Origin: a virus
Virus record (IMG/VR): IMGVR_UViG_3300032315_001186
Coordinates: 1 to 64,000 of that record
Direction: 5' to 3' (one strand)
Length of the DNA: 64,000 nucleotides
The position numbers and the translations under genes were made by a program. Shown piece by piece: positions 28,950 through 42,200 of the stretch (position 1 is the stretch's first letter; every line of letters starts with the position of its first letter). Below the pieces are notes generated by a model. That model had not been told where the DNA came from and did no database searches. It saw nothing but the letters and a program-made list of their open reading frames with translations.

Positions 28950-30950
28950 ATGGATGAAAACGGACAAATTGGGGGATTTTTTGAAGAGTTAAAAAAATTT
29001 TCACAACAAGCCCTTGCTAGTTTGAGTAATTTGAGTGGAGAGGCTTATGAATTAAATAAACAGATCCTAGAGGCAAATGCTTCACTAGCAGGTACTTTTG
29101 GACGAACCCAAAGTTCAGTACAAGGTCTTCGAAAAGAATTAGTTATTGCACTACCCGAGGTGGTTCGTTTGGGTGGAAACCTATCTGATGTAGTTAACAT
29201 ACAAGATAAAATATCTAAAAATTTAGGAACAAACAGGATATTACTAGGCGAAACTACGTCCGATTTGTTTGTCGCGATGAAAGCTCTAGGACAGGCAGAT
29301 TATGGAGCCGTAGTTGCATCATTTCAAGATGCTGGAATTCAAGTTAGTTTAATAAAAGATCGAATGCAAGAAACTGCGAATATAGCTCGATTGGTTGGTC
29401 AAAATAGTTCGGCGATATTCGAGTTAGTTCAACAAAATTTGAGTAAACTAAACGAGTTTGGATTCAAAAATGGAGTAGAGGGACTCTCAAGAATGGCAGC
29501 TAAAGCGGCAGTTATGAGGTTTGACATGTATCAAGTTTTTACGTTTGCTGAAAAAGTATTCTCTCCTGAAGGAGCTATCGAAGCGGTGTCGGCCTTTCAA
29601 AGATTAGGGGTTGCTGTTGGTGATTTAGCGGACCCATTTAGGTTAATGTATTTGGCGTCCGAAGATGTTGAAGGATTGACAGACCAAGTCGTTCAAATGA
29701 CAAGTAAATTCACGTTCTTTGATGAGAAAAGTAAGGAATTCAAAGTGTTCCCCTATGCTAAAAGAGATCTACAAGATATTGCCAAGACTATGGGTATATC
29801 GTATGAAAACCTAGTCAAAATGTCTATGGCACAAACTAAACTTAATCAGATCTCTTCAGAATTTAAGTTTTCTGGTTTTGATAAAGATGATCAACAATTA
29901 ATTGCCAATTTTGCACAATTTAGTAAAGAGAAAAACGCTTTCATAGTGAAGGTCGATGGTAAAGAGAAATTAATTGCTGAATTGGGTAAGAAAGATGTTG
30001 AAGCACTTAGAGGAAGACCTGAAACTTTGGAGGAAATCGGACAAGCCCCACAGTCGGAACAAAAATTACTAAAAACTACAATTGATAGTTTAGTAAGTTT
30101 ATTGGCAGGCATACCAGTAGGTAGTAAAATGACTCAAGATTTAACACAAGCTGTAAGAGCAAGTATTGAAGCGACGAACGTAGCGCCAAGAACTTTAACG
30201 ACAGGAATGAGAGGGGGACTTGAAAGGGTTGACACTACATATGAAAATTTCCCTAAACTTATCAAAGAAATGTATCAAGATTTGTCTAGTGGAAATTTTG
30301 ATTTAACTAAATATACAAAAAAACTTACTGACGCTTCTGAGGGATATGTGAACGATTTAGAGAAACTCGGAAAAAAAATTCAATCTTTTGATTTTACTGG
30401 TGAAATATCAAAAAGAATCAGTGGAGATAATTTGATTGCCAAAGGAGTTGATTTTGGTGTAAATCTTACTGAAGTTTTAATTGGAAAGGTGGATAATATA
30501 TTTGTAGACCCTTTAAGACAGAGTGTATCCAATGCAACTACTCAATTAAGTAATATCAATACGACAACAGTAAATAATAATTTAAATAATTTAGGTACAC
30601 AATCGAGTAAGACAGCGGCAGAGTTAGGAAATTTACAATCGACAATTAAAAATAAGTCCACAGTTATATCACAACCTACTAACATTAGCAGTGCACCTCC
30701 TATAATCCCCCAAAATATACAGACTATGGTGGTCACAACACCTCCAGGATCTACGAATCAAAATGTATCATTTTCGCCAATAACGGGGGGGATCGAGTTG
30801 AAGGTCGTAACCCAAGACGGACGAAGTTTGGATGTAACTAATCAAATCGTGAATAGTTCCGAATTTCAAAGAAAAGTTGTTGAATTAATTTCAGAAAGAA
30901 TGAATCAACCAACATACAGTAATTTACCAAATTCGACAAGAACTACGTAG
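28950..30950 (+). CDS. Putative tape measure protein
   Basis: Helical Ala/Leu/Gln-rich 666 aa protein directly after the chaperone pair. Confidence 0.6.
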   Translation: MDENGQIGGFFEELKKFSQQALASLSNLSGEAYELNKQILEANASLAGTFGRTQSSVQGLRKELVIALPEVVRLGGNLSDVVNIQDKISKNLGTNRILLGETTSDLFVAMKALGQADYGAVVASFQDAGIQVSLIKDRMQETANIARLVGQNSSAIFELVQQNLSKLNEFGFKNGVEGLSRMAAKAAVMRFDMYQVFTFAEKVFSPEGAIEAVSAFQRLGVAVGDLADPFRLMYLASEDVEGLTDQVVQMTSKFTFFDEKSKEFKVFPYAKRDLQDIAKTMGISYENLVKMSMAQTKLNQISSEFKFSGFDKDDQQLIANFAQFSKEKNAFIVKVDGKEKLIAELGKKDVEALRGRPETLEEIGQAPQSEQKLLKTTIDSLVSLLAGIPVGSKMTQDLTQAVRASIEATNVAPRTLTTGMRGGLERVDTTYENFPKLIKEMYQDLSSGNFDLTKYTKKLTDASEGYVNDLEKLGKKIQSFDFTGEISKRISGDNLIAKGVDFGVNLTEVLIGKVDNIFVDPLRQSVSNATTQLSNINTTTVNNNLNNLGTQSSKTAAELGNLQSTIKNKSTVISQPTNISSAPPIIPQNIQTMVVTTPPGSTNQNVSFSPITGGIELKVVTQDGRSLDVTNQIVNSSEFQRKVVELISERMNQPTYSNLPNSTRTT

Positions 30951-30988
30951 AAAAAAATCAAGGATGGGTATTTATTTGTAAATAATAT

Positions 30989-33900
30989 ATGCCATCTAGA
31001 TTAACATTTGATGCCACTTCAGCGGTAAGAAACAGTTTGTTAGTTAGGAATTTAAAACCATACTACAAACCAGGCGCTTTTGGATATTCAGTATCAAACC
31101 AACCAAATCAGTACGAACCGAGTCAATATTCCGTTATTGATTCTCCTGATCAGTTAATTGATTTAGCACCATTTGCTGATGGCTTATACTTAACAAATGA
31201 ATTCGGACCTTATGGGGGATATAATAAGGATATTTCAGGATTAATATCTGTATCTCAAAATCCAACAAATAGAGGTCCTTATGGTCCATTCCCCCCCTAT
31301 ACAGACGCACTTAAGGTATTTTCGGAAAGTTTTCAAAAAAAAGGTCAAATAAAAAATGAATATTCACCGAGAGATGGTTTTATAAGATACTATGATATTG
31401 GTGATATCGTTAAGGTACAAAAAAATGCAACCTATTGGGATCCACCAAGTTTCAGACCTTCTTCCTACTCACCTTTCAGTGTTTTATTACAAGAAATACC
31501 TGAAGGGTCTAACGGGCCTGTAACGGACGACTCGAGGCTGGCACAATTGAGTGTTGAGTTTCTTAAAAACGCATATCAACAAAGAGTAGATCAAAACGTT
31601 CGAACTGAAACTCTCGGTAGGGTTAACATATTAAATGGTCTCCAAGATCCAATCAACTTATCATTAATTGTTGCGGGTAAGAGACCGTTAATTTTTAGAG
31701 ATTATAAAATCACATCGGGTGGTGGAAATATTTTATCACAAGGACAAGATATTGTCCAAAGAATCGCAGGATTTACTTTACCATTGTCACCTATCCCAGG
31801 TGATTATTTTACAGTAGATAATGAACAAAGAACTATAAATTCAACACAATCTTTAGCAAGAGCTAGTGAGGGTGGAACTAGAGGTGGCGTATTTGGATTA
31901 TTTGGAAGTAGACCAACGTCTCCTTCACAACTTTTTTTAGATTACACAGGTGAAGGCCAAAGAGCACAACTAACAAACAACTTAGATTACAACAGATACA
32001 GACCAAGGTATAACACTGGTGGAAGAGGGATCGTATCGGCAATTGGACAGGCAATTTTTGGGTCTCAAGCTCAAGATTTAGGTCAAGGATTATACTATGT
32101 AGGTTCACCAGATAGAGAACCAATTTACTTAAATTCACCCCCCGGTGCAGTTCCAATCAACGAGTTTGGACAAGAAGTTTTAGCTCCTGTTTATGGACCA
32201 CAAGTATTGGGTAAAGAATATGAAGGTCAAGAACTTTCAGAACAATTAAACTTTGGTTTTGTTGGAGCAACATATCAGAGTCAAGGAGATATAACGGGAG
32301 GGTTTTCTTGGGTTAATAGTCGAGTAGCTCCAGATGCGGGAAAACGAGTTGGTCCTGATGGGACAGCTTTAACCGAAGATCCTGACTATTCTGTAATAGC
32401 CAATCAGTTTGTTGCAAGTGAGTCATCAAACACAAGATATGAATTTAAACCTGGATCTATTCTTGATGATACACAAAGGTTAGTTGAGTCAATGCCTTTG
32501 GACGGCAATAGATACTCACATGTTGGGAATGCTATAAATCAGACAAGTAAAATTTTTAGCGACGGATACAAATTGATTACCAAAGGGTCAAGAGTTTTGA
32601 GTTTCACACCAGGTCAACTCAATATCCCTTTGGAATATTGCCGAGTTTTTACTAAAGATACTCCGTACATTTCATATGGGGATTTACAAAAATCGGATGG
32701 AAACATTCGAAAAGCTTCGTATTCAATATTGGATAAGACTTATCAACTTAACATTGCGCCCGAAAAAGGGGGTGACTCGATATTACGCGGAGAAGGTGGT
32801 GTCAAAAAGTATATGTTTTCTATTGAAAATTTGGCTTGGAGAACCTCGTCAAGACCTGGACTTAGATACCAAGATTTACCGAAATGTGAACAAGGACCGA
32901 ATGGGGGAAGAATTATGTGGTTTCCTCCGTATGATTTGGATTTTAGTGAGGACACGAGACCACAATTTAACGAAACAACATTTTTGGGTAGACCTGAACC
33001 AATATACACCTACAGAAATACGACAAGAACTGGTACGTTAAAATGGAAAATCTTAGTAGACCATCCATCGGTATTGGATTTGGTCGCTCAAAAAGTTTTG
33101 GCAAATGAGGGTTCAAGAGAAATAGCCGATCAGGTAATTAATTCATTTTTTGCTGGTTGTAAAAAATATGATTTGTATGAGTTAGCGACATTTTATAATA
33201 ATGTCCCATTAACAGAACTTCAAGCGTGGCAAGAAGTTGTAAACAATCCAAATGTTACGCAGGAACAATTCCAAGATGCCATCAATAATAATCAACCAGA
33301 CCCACAAAGTGTTAGTATAACAACAGTCGAGCAACCACAAATTCCTAATTTACAAGAATATCTAAATTTTGGATTTTATTTTGATAATGATATACCAAAA
33401 TCTAACGATGCAAACTACGAACCATTATACTCGGCATATACATCAGTTGCAACCAAAAATAACTATCGGGCAAACACTAAACCACAAAACCAAGTCCAAC
33501 CTGTTCAAGAATTTTTTACCTCAGTAGTTCAAGGTAATTTCGAAAAAATGAAAGAGTTGTGTCAGAAAATGTACGATATTCTTTCACAGAACTCAGACGT
33601 AAAGATTAAAATTAATTTGTTCTCATCGGCATCTGAACCTGGAAGAATCTCATACAATCAGAGTCTTTCAGAAAGAAGAAATCAATCCGCACTAACTTTC
33701 TTTAAAAACTACAAATTCAGTGGGGGTAAAAGTTTATCGGAATATATCAATAACAGTAGATTAACTTTTCAATTAAATGCGGTCGGTGAAACAACCACCG
33801 TAAACCCCAAGAGGGGGGATGGTCAATGTGGTAATTCAGTAAATTGTGGAAGTGTTTTGACAGGTAATAGCAAAATATATTCTACTGCGGCTATGGCGTG

Positions 33901-35914
33901 TAGACAGGCAAACATCCAAGGTATTCAGGTAATCTCCGATCCGAGGAATCCAACACCAGCAAATGTAGGTTCTAACATTGTATTGACACAAGATGGTCGA
34001 GAAAACCAAGCATCAGCAAGACCGACACCAGTATCAGTTAATCAACCTACCAAAGACTTATACAAGGGTGCGTCTAAAAAACTTTTGAGACTATTGTTAA
34101 ATGAATGTGATTATTTTGAAGTACTCAAAGAAACAGATTTCTTTGCATACGACTCAATTAAGAATAAATTAAAACATTTCAATCCATCATTTCATTCAAT
34201 GACCCCCGAAGGATTAAATTCACGACTTACTTTCATTCAACAATGTTCAAGACCTGGTGATACCATTCCGACAATAGGGCCGGATGGACAACCAATATAC
34301 AATGACGCTTTAAACACATCTTTTGGAGCCCCACCAGTATTAGTGTTAAGAGTTGGGGATTTTTACAATACCAAGATAATTCCAACTTCATTTGGTATTA
34401 CTTACGAGAAAACTTACGATATGAACCCTGAGGGTATAGGGTTTCAACCTATGATTGCAAACATCACTATGAACTTTAATTTTATTGGTGGATCAGGTCT
34501 TGCTAAACCGATAGAAACACTCCAAAATGCTCTATCGTTTAACTACTATGCGAATACTGAAGTTTACGATGAGAGAGCAGAAACAACCGACACGTCGTTT
34601 AATGCTCTCGATAAACAAATTATTGAAAAACTACAGAACACTTTACCAGGTGTAGGTGTAGCAAATAACATTTATACCCTACAAAACGCTGGTGGAGACA
34701 CTATTGGACTTTTTGTTAGAACAGGTGAAAATATTTCAGGGGTTACAGGTAATTTGAACTACAAAACATTTGTCAACACTTTTGTGGAGGCAACAAAATT
34801 TTATTATACAACTACGATTAGTTTTTTTGATAATATTTTGAAAAAGTATGGGTATGGTCTTTTATCTTTAATGAATACAACGAGCGGAAATAATAGAGGA
34901 TATTCTGAAGGAGTTTTGGGGACTTTACCAACTTACTTATACGGAAAACCACTTTTGTATCAAAGAAATGTCGACTCCGTTTTTAGAATATTACAATCTT
35001 ATGTTGAATCAAAGGCTTTGAATATATTTAGTGCGGCAACACTAAATAGTTCAGGAGTTGTAACGTTCAGTATTGGAGAATTCAGTGATCCGTCAGTCAC
35101 AGAAACGGACAAAGAAATATTCAAAGGAAATTATCAAAGATTTTTAGACACCTATAGATCAAGTTTTATAAACGAGGCGACTGAAATGGTGTCTAACTTG
35201 GTAGAGTTCGAACAAAATTATGTTTTTCAAATAGATAGATCCAATTATATTATTGCAGAACAGGTAGATGGAAAAATTGATTCTAAGGGTATTGCTGTAA
35301 TTTATAAATTCTCAGGGTCAACATCTCAAAGAACACAACTTGGACTTGATATAGATAGTATATCAACAAACAATACTTCTTTTTTGAGTTCTTTGGAAAC
35401 AGGAGGGTTATATTTAGATAACTTTCAATCTAATTTGAACCAACCTTTAACAAATCCTTATAATTCTTATATTTTCAGTATTGATATGTTAGCAACTACA
35501 TCTTTTAGTTCGTCTAATGCTTTAATAAGTGCTCCACAACAAGCAGAGTTTTTGATTTTAAATAAAATTTATAGAGACAACACGGCACTACAAAATTTTG
35601 TGGCAGATTTGGTGGTTGGTTTATCTGAATATTCTAAGAGTGTAATTACCCAATACTATGGAACTTTTTTAAAAGTTACCTATGATGGTCTTACAAAAGC
35701 TGGAGTTGATCTTCTAGAAAACTATAAATTAACACTTGGTAAAAATTTTGTGAACTACACACCATCATTTTCCTTGACCGAAGAAAGAGTAATTAATTTC
35801 CAACAAGATTTGACAAACGATATTGGTTATACATCTAATTTACAACAATTGTACTCACCGAATAATCCAAATACAAGTCCTATCAATTTTAATCTCAAAA
35901 AGAAATTCAACTAA
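30989..35914 (+). CDS. Large baseplate / tail-tube-initiator-like protein with an inserted OmpA-like domain
   Basis: RIMWFPPYDL..FLGRPEPIYTY and PPVLVLRVGDFY motifs; FYFDND...SAS...YNQSLSERR. Confidence 0.55.
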   Translation: MPSRLTFDATSAVRNSLLVRNLKPYYKPGAFGYSVSNQPNQYEPSQYSVIDSPDQLIDLAPFADGLYLTNEFGPYGGYNKDISGLISVSQNPTNRGPYGPFPPYTDALKVFSESFQKKGQIKNEYSPRDGFIRYYDIGDIVKVQKNATYWDPPSFRPSSYSPFSVLLQEIPEGSNGPVTDDSRLAQLSVEFLKNAYQQRVDQNVRTETLGRVNILNGLQDPINLSLIVAGKRPLIFRDYKITSGGGNILSQGQDIVQRIAGFTLPLSPIPGDYFTVDNEQRTINSTQSLARASEGGTRGGVFGLFGSRPTSPSQLFLDYTGEGQRAQLTNNLDYNRYRPRYNTGGRGIVSAIGQAIFGSQAQDLGQGLYYVGSPDREPIYLNSPPGAVPINEFGQEVLAPVYGPQVLGKEYEGQELSEQLNFGFVGATYQSQGDITGGFSWVNSRVAPDAGKRVGPDGTALTEDPDYSVIANQFVASESSNTRYEFKPGSILDDTQRLVESMPLDGNRYSHVGNAINQTSKIFSDGYKLITKGSRVLSFTPGQLNIPLEYCRVFTKDTPYISYGDLQKSDGNIRKASYSILDKTYQLNIAPEKGGDSILRGEGGVKKYMFSIENLAWRTSSRPGLRYQDLPKCEQGPNGGRIMWFPPYDLDFSEDTRPQFNETTFLGRPEPIYTYRNTTRTGTLKWKILVDHPSVLDLVAQKVLANEGSREIADQVINSFFAGCKKYDLYELATFYNNVPLTELQAWQEVVNNPNVTQEQFQDAINNNQPDPQSVSITTVEQPQIPNLQEYLNFGFYFDNDIPKSNDANYEPLYSAYTSVATKNNYRANTKPQNQVQPVQEFFTSVVQGNFEKMKELCQKMYDILSQNSDVKIKINLFSSASEPGRISYNQSLSERRNQSALTFFKNYKFSGGKSLSEYINNSRLTFQLNAVGETTTVNPKRGDGQCGNSVNCGSVLTGNSKIYSTAAMACRQANIQGIQVISDPRNPTPANVGSNIVLTQDGRENQASARPTPVSVNQPTKDLYKGASKKLLRLLLNECDYFEVLKETDFFAYDSIKNKLKHFNPSFHSMTPEGLNSRLTFIQQCSRPGDTIPTIGPDGQPIYNDALNTSFGAPPVLVLRVGDFYNTKIIPTSFGITYEKTYDMNPEGIGFQPMIANITMNFNFIGGSGLAKPIETLQNALSFNYYANTEVYDERAETTDTSFNALDKQIIEKLQNTLPGVGVANNIYTLQNAGGDTIGLFVRTGENISGVTGNLNYKTFVNTFVEATKFYYTTTISFFDNILKKYGYGLLSLMNTTSGNNRGYSEGVLGTLPTYLYGKPLLYQRNVDSVFRILQSYVESKALNIFSAATLNSSGVVTFSIGEFSDPSVTETDKEIFKGNYQRFLDTYRSSFINEATEMVSNLVEFEQNYVFQIDRSNYIIAEQVDGKIDSKGIAVIYKFSGSTSQRTQLGLDIDSISTNNTSFLSSLETGGLYLDNFQSNLNQPLTNPYNSYIFSIDMLATTSFSSSNALISAPQQAEFLILNKIYRDNTALQNFVADLVVGLSEYSKSVITQYYGTFLKVTYDGLTKAGVDLLENYKLTLGKNFVNYTPSFSLTEERVINFQQDLTNDIGYTSNLQQLYSPNNPNTSPINFNLKKKFN

Positions 35915-36234
35915 TGGAACAATATTACAACAGATACAAAGAGTTTTTAATCAACGGAGAACAGACCGTTGTACCATTTGTTCCATTACCATCTAAAGGG
36001 ACCGATCAAAGATATATTTATAAAACCGCTGTGAGTAGATTGGATAAAATATCACAACAATATTATAACACCCCCTTCTTCGGTTGGTTAATTTTACAAG
36101 CTAATCCACAATTTGGAGGGTTAGAATGGAATATTCCTGACAATTCAATAATAACCATTCCGTTCCCTTTGGTATCATCTCTTCAAGATTACCAAAACGC
36201 TTTAAACAACTACTTCTTATATTATGGCAGATAA
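35914..36234 (+). CDS. LysM/gp53-like baseplate protein
   Basis: RLDKISQQYY...GWLILQANP...ITIP. Confidence 0.7.
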   Translation: MEQYYNRYKEFLINGEQTVVPFVPLPSKGTDQRYIYKTAVSRLDKISQQYYNTPFFGWLILQANPQFGGLEWNIPDNSIITIPFPLVSSLQDYQNALNNYFLYYGR

Positions 36235-39200
36235 TCTTTCAAGAGTAAATGAAGATGTATTCGTTGTTCAGAGTTACGACAATATCGTTTTGGTTGACCC
36301 AAACAAAGTAATTAACCAAGACGGACAAGTCAGAGAGAGAGGTATAAGACAAGAAGATTTTGTAATGTATGCGAATCTAGAAGCTCAAATGTTACCGAGA
36401 ACCAAGCTTATCCAGGGGCAAGCACAAGATGATGGAATACAGACTCAAGTGTTAGCGTCTATAAATTTTTTGAGACCTGGAGGAAAGACCTTTTTAGACA
36501 ACACTTATACAGATCAATTTACGGGGTTAAACTCTTTGACCGCTGAAGGCATCAATCAACCAAGTATTCAACAAATAAGTAAACCAAACAAATCTTCTGA
36601 ATTTTATTACACTCAAAACACAATAAATAAACAAGACACGGGTCTTTTGGGTATTGAAAGTATTGCGATAAAAAACACGAGATCATTTACGCCTACAGTG
36701 GATATGGTTTTGATAGACACACACGGAAGAGCTTTATTTGAAAAAGGTGAAAACTCAGAGTATGCTTTTTTCTTTAATTTACCATATCCGACGTTTTATT
36801 TAACAATCAAAGGGTATTATGGTAAAGCTATTAAATACCAATTGATTCTCACCAAGTTTTCAGCGGCATTTGAATCAGCGACAGGTAACTACAGAATAAC
36901 ATTACAATTTTATTCATACAAGTATACGGTTCTTGCAGAAACACAAATAGGTGCTTTGTTTGCAACACCATTTATGTACGCTAGTGATTTCAAAATAACA
37001 ACAGAACAATCACCATCAATCTCGGCATCTCAAGTTTCTGTTGGTGATGACAAAAAAACGGCAATAAACGTAAGAACTACTCGTGGTCGACAATTTATAT
37101 CAGATGTGTATAAAAAATACAAGTCGCTAGGTTTATTAGATCCTGATTTCCCAGAAGTTTCTTTTCCTGAATTTAGAGCACAACTCCAATCATTACAGAA
37201 AAATTTAGAAACAACTTTTGGACAATCAGATTTTACACCACTAACAAACGCGGATGAATATTTCGAAATACTACAAACATTCAGAACGGCTATTACAGAT
37301 CCCACAACAGAGTCTAGTTGGTTCAGAAAATACATTGACACCGATAAACTATTTATTCTTAACCAAGTTAATAATAAACCCCAAACTCAAGTTTGGATTT
37401 TGAATCAACAAACAAGATCCAATAGTCAATTTGTCGAAAACGCACTTACTGAGTTACAACAAATTGTAACAAAATACAAAAGTGTTTTACAAAAAAACTC
37501 AACGTTTGGAGTTGGTGGAACTTTTACAGTAGAGAAGTTAAGATATACTAGTCAAATAAAGACAATAGAACAAATAGATGCCTCGAAGAGTAAAGATAAG
37601 GCTCTAGTTCAAGAAAATAGTTTTGTTAAACTATTAAATGCAAATGATATTGACTGGATTGCAACTTACGAGGCGAGGTACAAAAGAAAACCGTTGAACG
37701 AGTTGGAATGGACAACACTTAGAAATGAAGAAACACAATTTTTTCAAACTATTTTGGATGAAGCATTAAAAGATGTCAAGTTCCCAAATTATACGTTTGT
37801 TTTTTCAGATGGTGTGGGACAATTTGAAGAAATAATCTATAAAACTTTCGGTGAGCTAGAAAAACAAAGATCGATTGTAATTGAAAAACTATCTCTTTTT
37901 TTATCAAAAAAAATTGAAGGACCGAATGGTTTAGGATTCAAACCTACTATGAGAAATGTAATGGGTATTATTTTTGCCTCTGTAGAGGCCTTTTATAGGT
38001 TATTGAATCTCGTACATAAGGATGCCTGGTCACAAAGAAATAACCCTTTAAAAAAATTGGCTTGTTATGGTCAAGGAAATGATGGGGTTTCACCTGATAT
38101 CAAAAACAACAATAAAGATGTTAATCAAAACAACCTAGTTAATCAGGAGGTTTATCCATGGCCTTTGTATTTAACCAAACAGATAGAAAAAGATGGGAAA
38201 CAGAATTATGTTGTAATGTATCCTGGCGAACAATCAGAGTTACAAAGGACAAGAGCGTCTGATTATCAGATTTGGCCTGAAGTCCAATTCGTTGAAGAAT
38301 ATATCAGAGGGATAACCAAAAGTTATCAAAGCGAATCTCAACAATCGGGCAACTTAAGTGAAAATGATATCGGACGAATAATCAATAGGATTACAGTTAA
38401 TGCGGTTGAATTTCCAACAAGTAATGCTATACTAAGTGACTTACAAGATGTAAAGTTCCTATATGAAATATATGAGAGAGTACTTTTACAAACCTTTTGG
38501 GATCGACTATCAAGACCTAATGCTGAGAAAGTTGGTATTATTGATAGTTTGTCTGAAATGGAACTGATAAATATTCGAAATGCATTGAATTCATTTTCTA
38601 ACCCATTAATTACAAAATTATTAAAGAACACGGCTTTTAGTTCTGCAAATTATTTACAAGTTTTGAGAAACATATCGAACGAGGGGGTTGGTATTTCATG
38701 GCAACAATTTATAAGAGGAATTTTTACATCTGATTATTTAAGAGCAAAAACACAAAAAGATTTTTCTATTTTATCTGTAGCAACAATTAGTTCAGGTGCA
38801 CAGAATTCAAGCAAAGATACAAGTATATTGAAAAATGTCCAAGAGTTTATTAAGAGTAGTTCATCAAACACAACTGATTTATTGGATTTGTACCCGTTTG
38901 TAGATAATTCTTGGGTACAACAAAATCTATCGAATGTAAATAATAATTCATCGTACAATAGTACTACACGGAGTTTGTTTTTGAACGATACTCTAAATTA
39001 CATTACTAATTTTCAAACTATTGCAAACACCGAAAACAATATTAACAGACCATTTGTTAACAATTCTTATTTGTCCTTCACAGAACCTAATATTGTAATT
39101 TCTAATTTTCCACAACAAATCGGGTCTAATAATTTTGTGGACTTTAACACATACTACACAGAAAACAGAACTTTATCTAAATTTGCAATCACAGAAGGTT

Positions 39201-42200
39201 CTTTAAGTTATAATGGAAATACAGGTAATCTCACACCAAATCAAACGGTATCTATGTTGAATACCCCGTATTTTACAAACGCATTTATCGAAGGTGTACA
39301 AAACGATAGAAATGACATTCAGTATCCATATCTAAAAGCCGCATATCTATTCTTGAATAGTTTACCATTATCCACTTTGAGGGAACCTCTCAAAGACATC
39401 GTAGACGTAACATCTAATGTTAACAATGTTTCTAAGGATTATTTATTTGCAACACTGACAAAGTTTGGTGCTATACATAGATTACCTTATGCATGGATCT
39501 TAAAATATGGTTCCATATGGCACCGATATAAAAAGTATGTTGAGTCTGGGGTCGACATTTTAGATTCTGTGTGGAAAAATGTGGATGTTGGACAAATATA
39601 CTATCCAACAACAAACAGTTTACAACATCAATATGTTACAAAAGATTTGTATGGTAGTGGAATTACAATATACGCTCAAACAGAAATTTTGAATCCAGGT
39701 TCAATTGAATCCATTCAGAAAAAGTATGTTGGATTTTATCCATCCCTTGTAAATGATGTTTTATTCTTTTATACTGGGTTGGATTTTTTAACAGGTTATA
39801 CAAATAATGATTTAGATAAATTTGTTGATGAAGGTTTGAACATTGGAGCTACAGACGCAACAATGAGAGAGGGAATTGGGTTCGATCCTAATTTCACAAA
39901 TCGTTACGCTTCTTTGGATTTTCAGGGTTGGTTTATGACCTTCAATACCAAAACATCCACAAAATTCAATACCACTGCTCGAAACAAAACTATAGTTTTA
40001 CCTAGTTTTGGTACTAATTACAATCAAGTAAAGTACGAGTGTTTCAAGAATAACGGAACAAGGTTGATTATGTCACAACCAATTTTAAACAACACGGCAG
40101 TTAACGATGGGTCAATTAGATTTTTCTGGGGAGCTCCTAATTTTGGGTATTTCGACAATAGCAGTATTACAAAACCAGCATACAATGAATATGTCAATTT
40201 AATACAACCATCCAAAGATAATAGTAATGCGTTCGAAATGTCAAATAAGTATTCAAATATTGAAGAAATTTTTGGTGTTTTTAAGACAGAAATATTGGAT
40301 GAATTTGAAACAGAATTTTTAAATTTTTCTAGATCTAGTCGACAATTTAATAGTCAAGAACTTTTGTCTGATGATTTTGTGAACAGATCATTCCAACAAG
40401 TTTTTGCAAATTGTTTAGTTGTTGATGAAGTTTCTAAAGAACTGACACAAACAAATTATGTGAATACTTGTGTAACAAAACAAGGTAAGGTATTAACAGA
40501 GGCCATACAAAAATTCTTAAATTATAATATTGCTTTCAAATTTGGCAACCCAGGAAATTTTGATAGAAAGTTATTTGGAAGTGTCACTACAGACGATAGG
40601 TATAGAGTTTTTGATGGATACGATTTTTCTCCATATGTACTTGGATCTTTACCAGGGGATGGATCGGGAATTAGTTTAGTTCAATCAGAATTAAACAATC
40701 CAGAGTCGTGGAAAACCTTGAAGACTTATGTTGGATTCGCAAGTGTAGATGGTATGAAGTATAGTGACAATGGAAGTTATATTACAGATTTTTTTATCAC
40801 TATGAATGTGGGGTTTACACCTGAGAACATACAAATAGTTGCACCACTCGTAAAAATATTTGCGACACAAAAACTAGGAGAACCGTTTAACAATTATACA
40901 AGAAGTGATTTCGTTACAGAAATAAATGATTTTTATACCACAAAAAATAATTTCTTGAATTTAGTTTTAAATTCACTTTTCAACCTATTACAAAAACAAT
41001 TACCCCAAGTAGAAGAATCAACAGTGAAACCTCTATTAACTGCAATCGACGGGGTTCAACCTAAAATTGAGTTATATCAAGCATTCAAGTCTTTTAATGA
41101 CAAATGGATAGCTGGCGCTAATTTTGACGAAAAAACGATATTTGAGGAAGTTTTATTTTTAGACAGAGCAAACAGAGATGTTGGAGATGTTCTTGTAGAT
41201 CCATTTAAATTACTAGAATTCTTTAATTCTTATGCAAGTTTAGACGCACGTGTTATTGATTTTGTCAGTAAAATTTTAGTTGACAATAAATTTTTTATGA
41301 TGCCAATACCTGCCTACATTAATTGGTGGGGTCAAGGTGAAGTCCGAAATGGTGTTGAACCAAAATCTCAAACGGTTGAAGACATTGCAAATAATTTATT
41401 CGGGATATACAATAATGTAGATACACGTGATTCCAAACCAGCATTTTTGTGTTATTATGTTGGAAATCCAAGCGAACATTTAGATTTGAATCAGAACTCA
41501 AATTATGGATGGAGATCGGATGGTTTTGATTTTGCAAACCAATCTCAAAATAGTTTGGCAACCACAAACACTAAACAAAATTGGGCAAACACAAATAGGG
41601 TGGTTGGTTTTAATGTGGATTTTGGAACTCGTAATCAAAGTATATTTAGTTCCATTAATTTGGATCAAAATCTCGGGGCATCTACCACTGAAGCAAATAA
41701 GGTAATTACAGAAATGGCAGCACAAGCAGGTGGATTAAGAACAAGTTTAGGTAGTGTAAGTTTATACAATCTTTATAAGACAAGGAGTTATAACGTACGA
41801 GTTGAGGCTTTGGGATGTGCACTTATTCAACCTACCATGTATTTCAATTTACGATATGTACCCATGTTTAATGGTGCATACCAAATACAATCAGTAGAAC
41901 ATAGAATAGAAGCGGGCTCTTTTAAAACATATTTCGAGGGAATAAGAATGCCTTTTTATTCATTAGCTAAAATTGACACACAACTTTTATCAATCAATAA
42001 CAACTTATTAAGCGAATTAGTTCAACAAGTTAGAAGATTGAAACAATCGAGTGCACCAACAACTGGAACTACAAATAATATAAGTATAGTAAACTCAATT
42101 CAAACAAACCTTCGTTATACTACCGCTCAACCCATATTTTGTGATGCAAGTATACGAAGTTCAGAGTTACCATATAAAAATTGGGAAGGTACTGAAGGTT

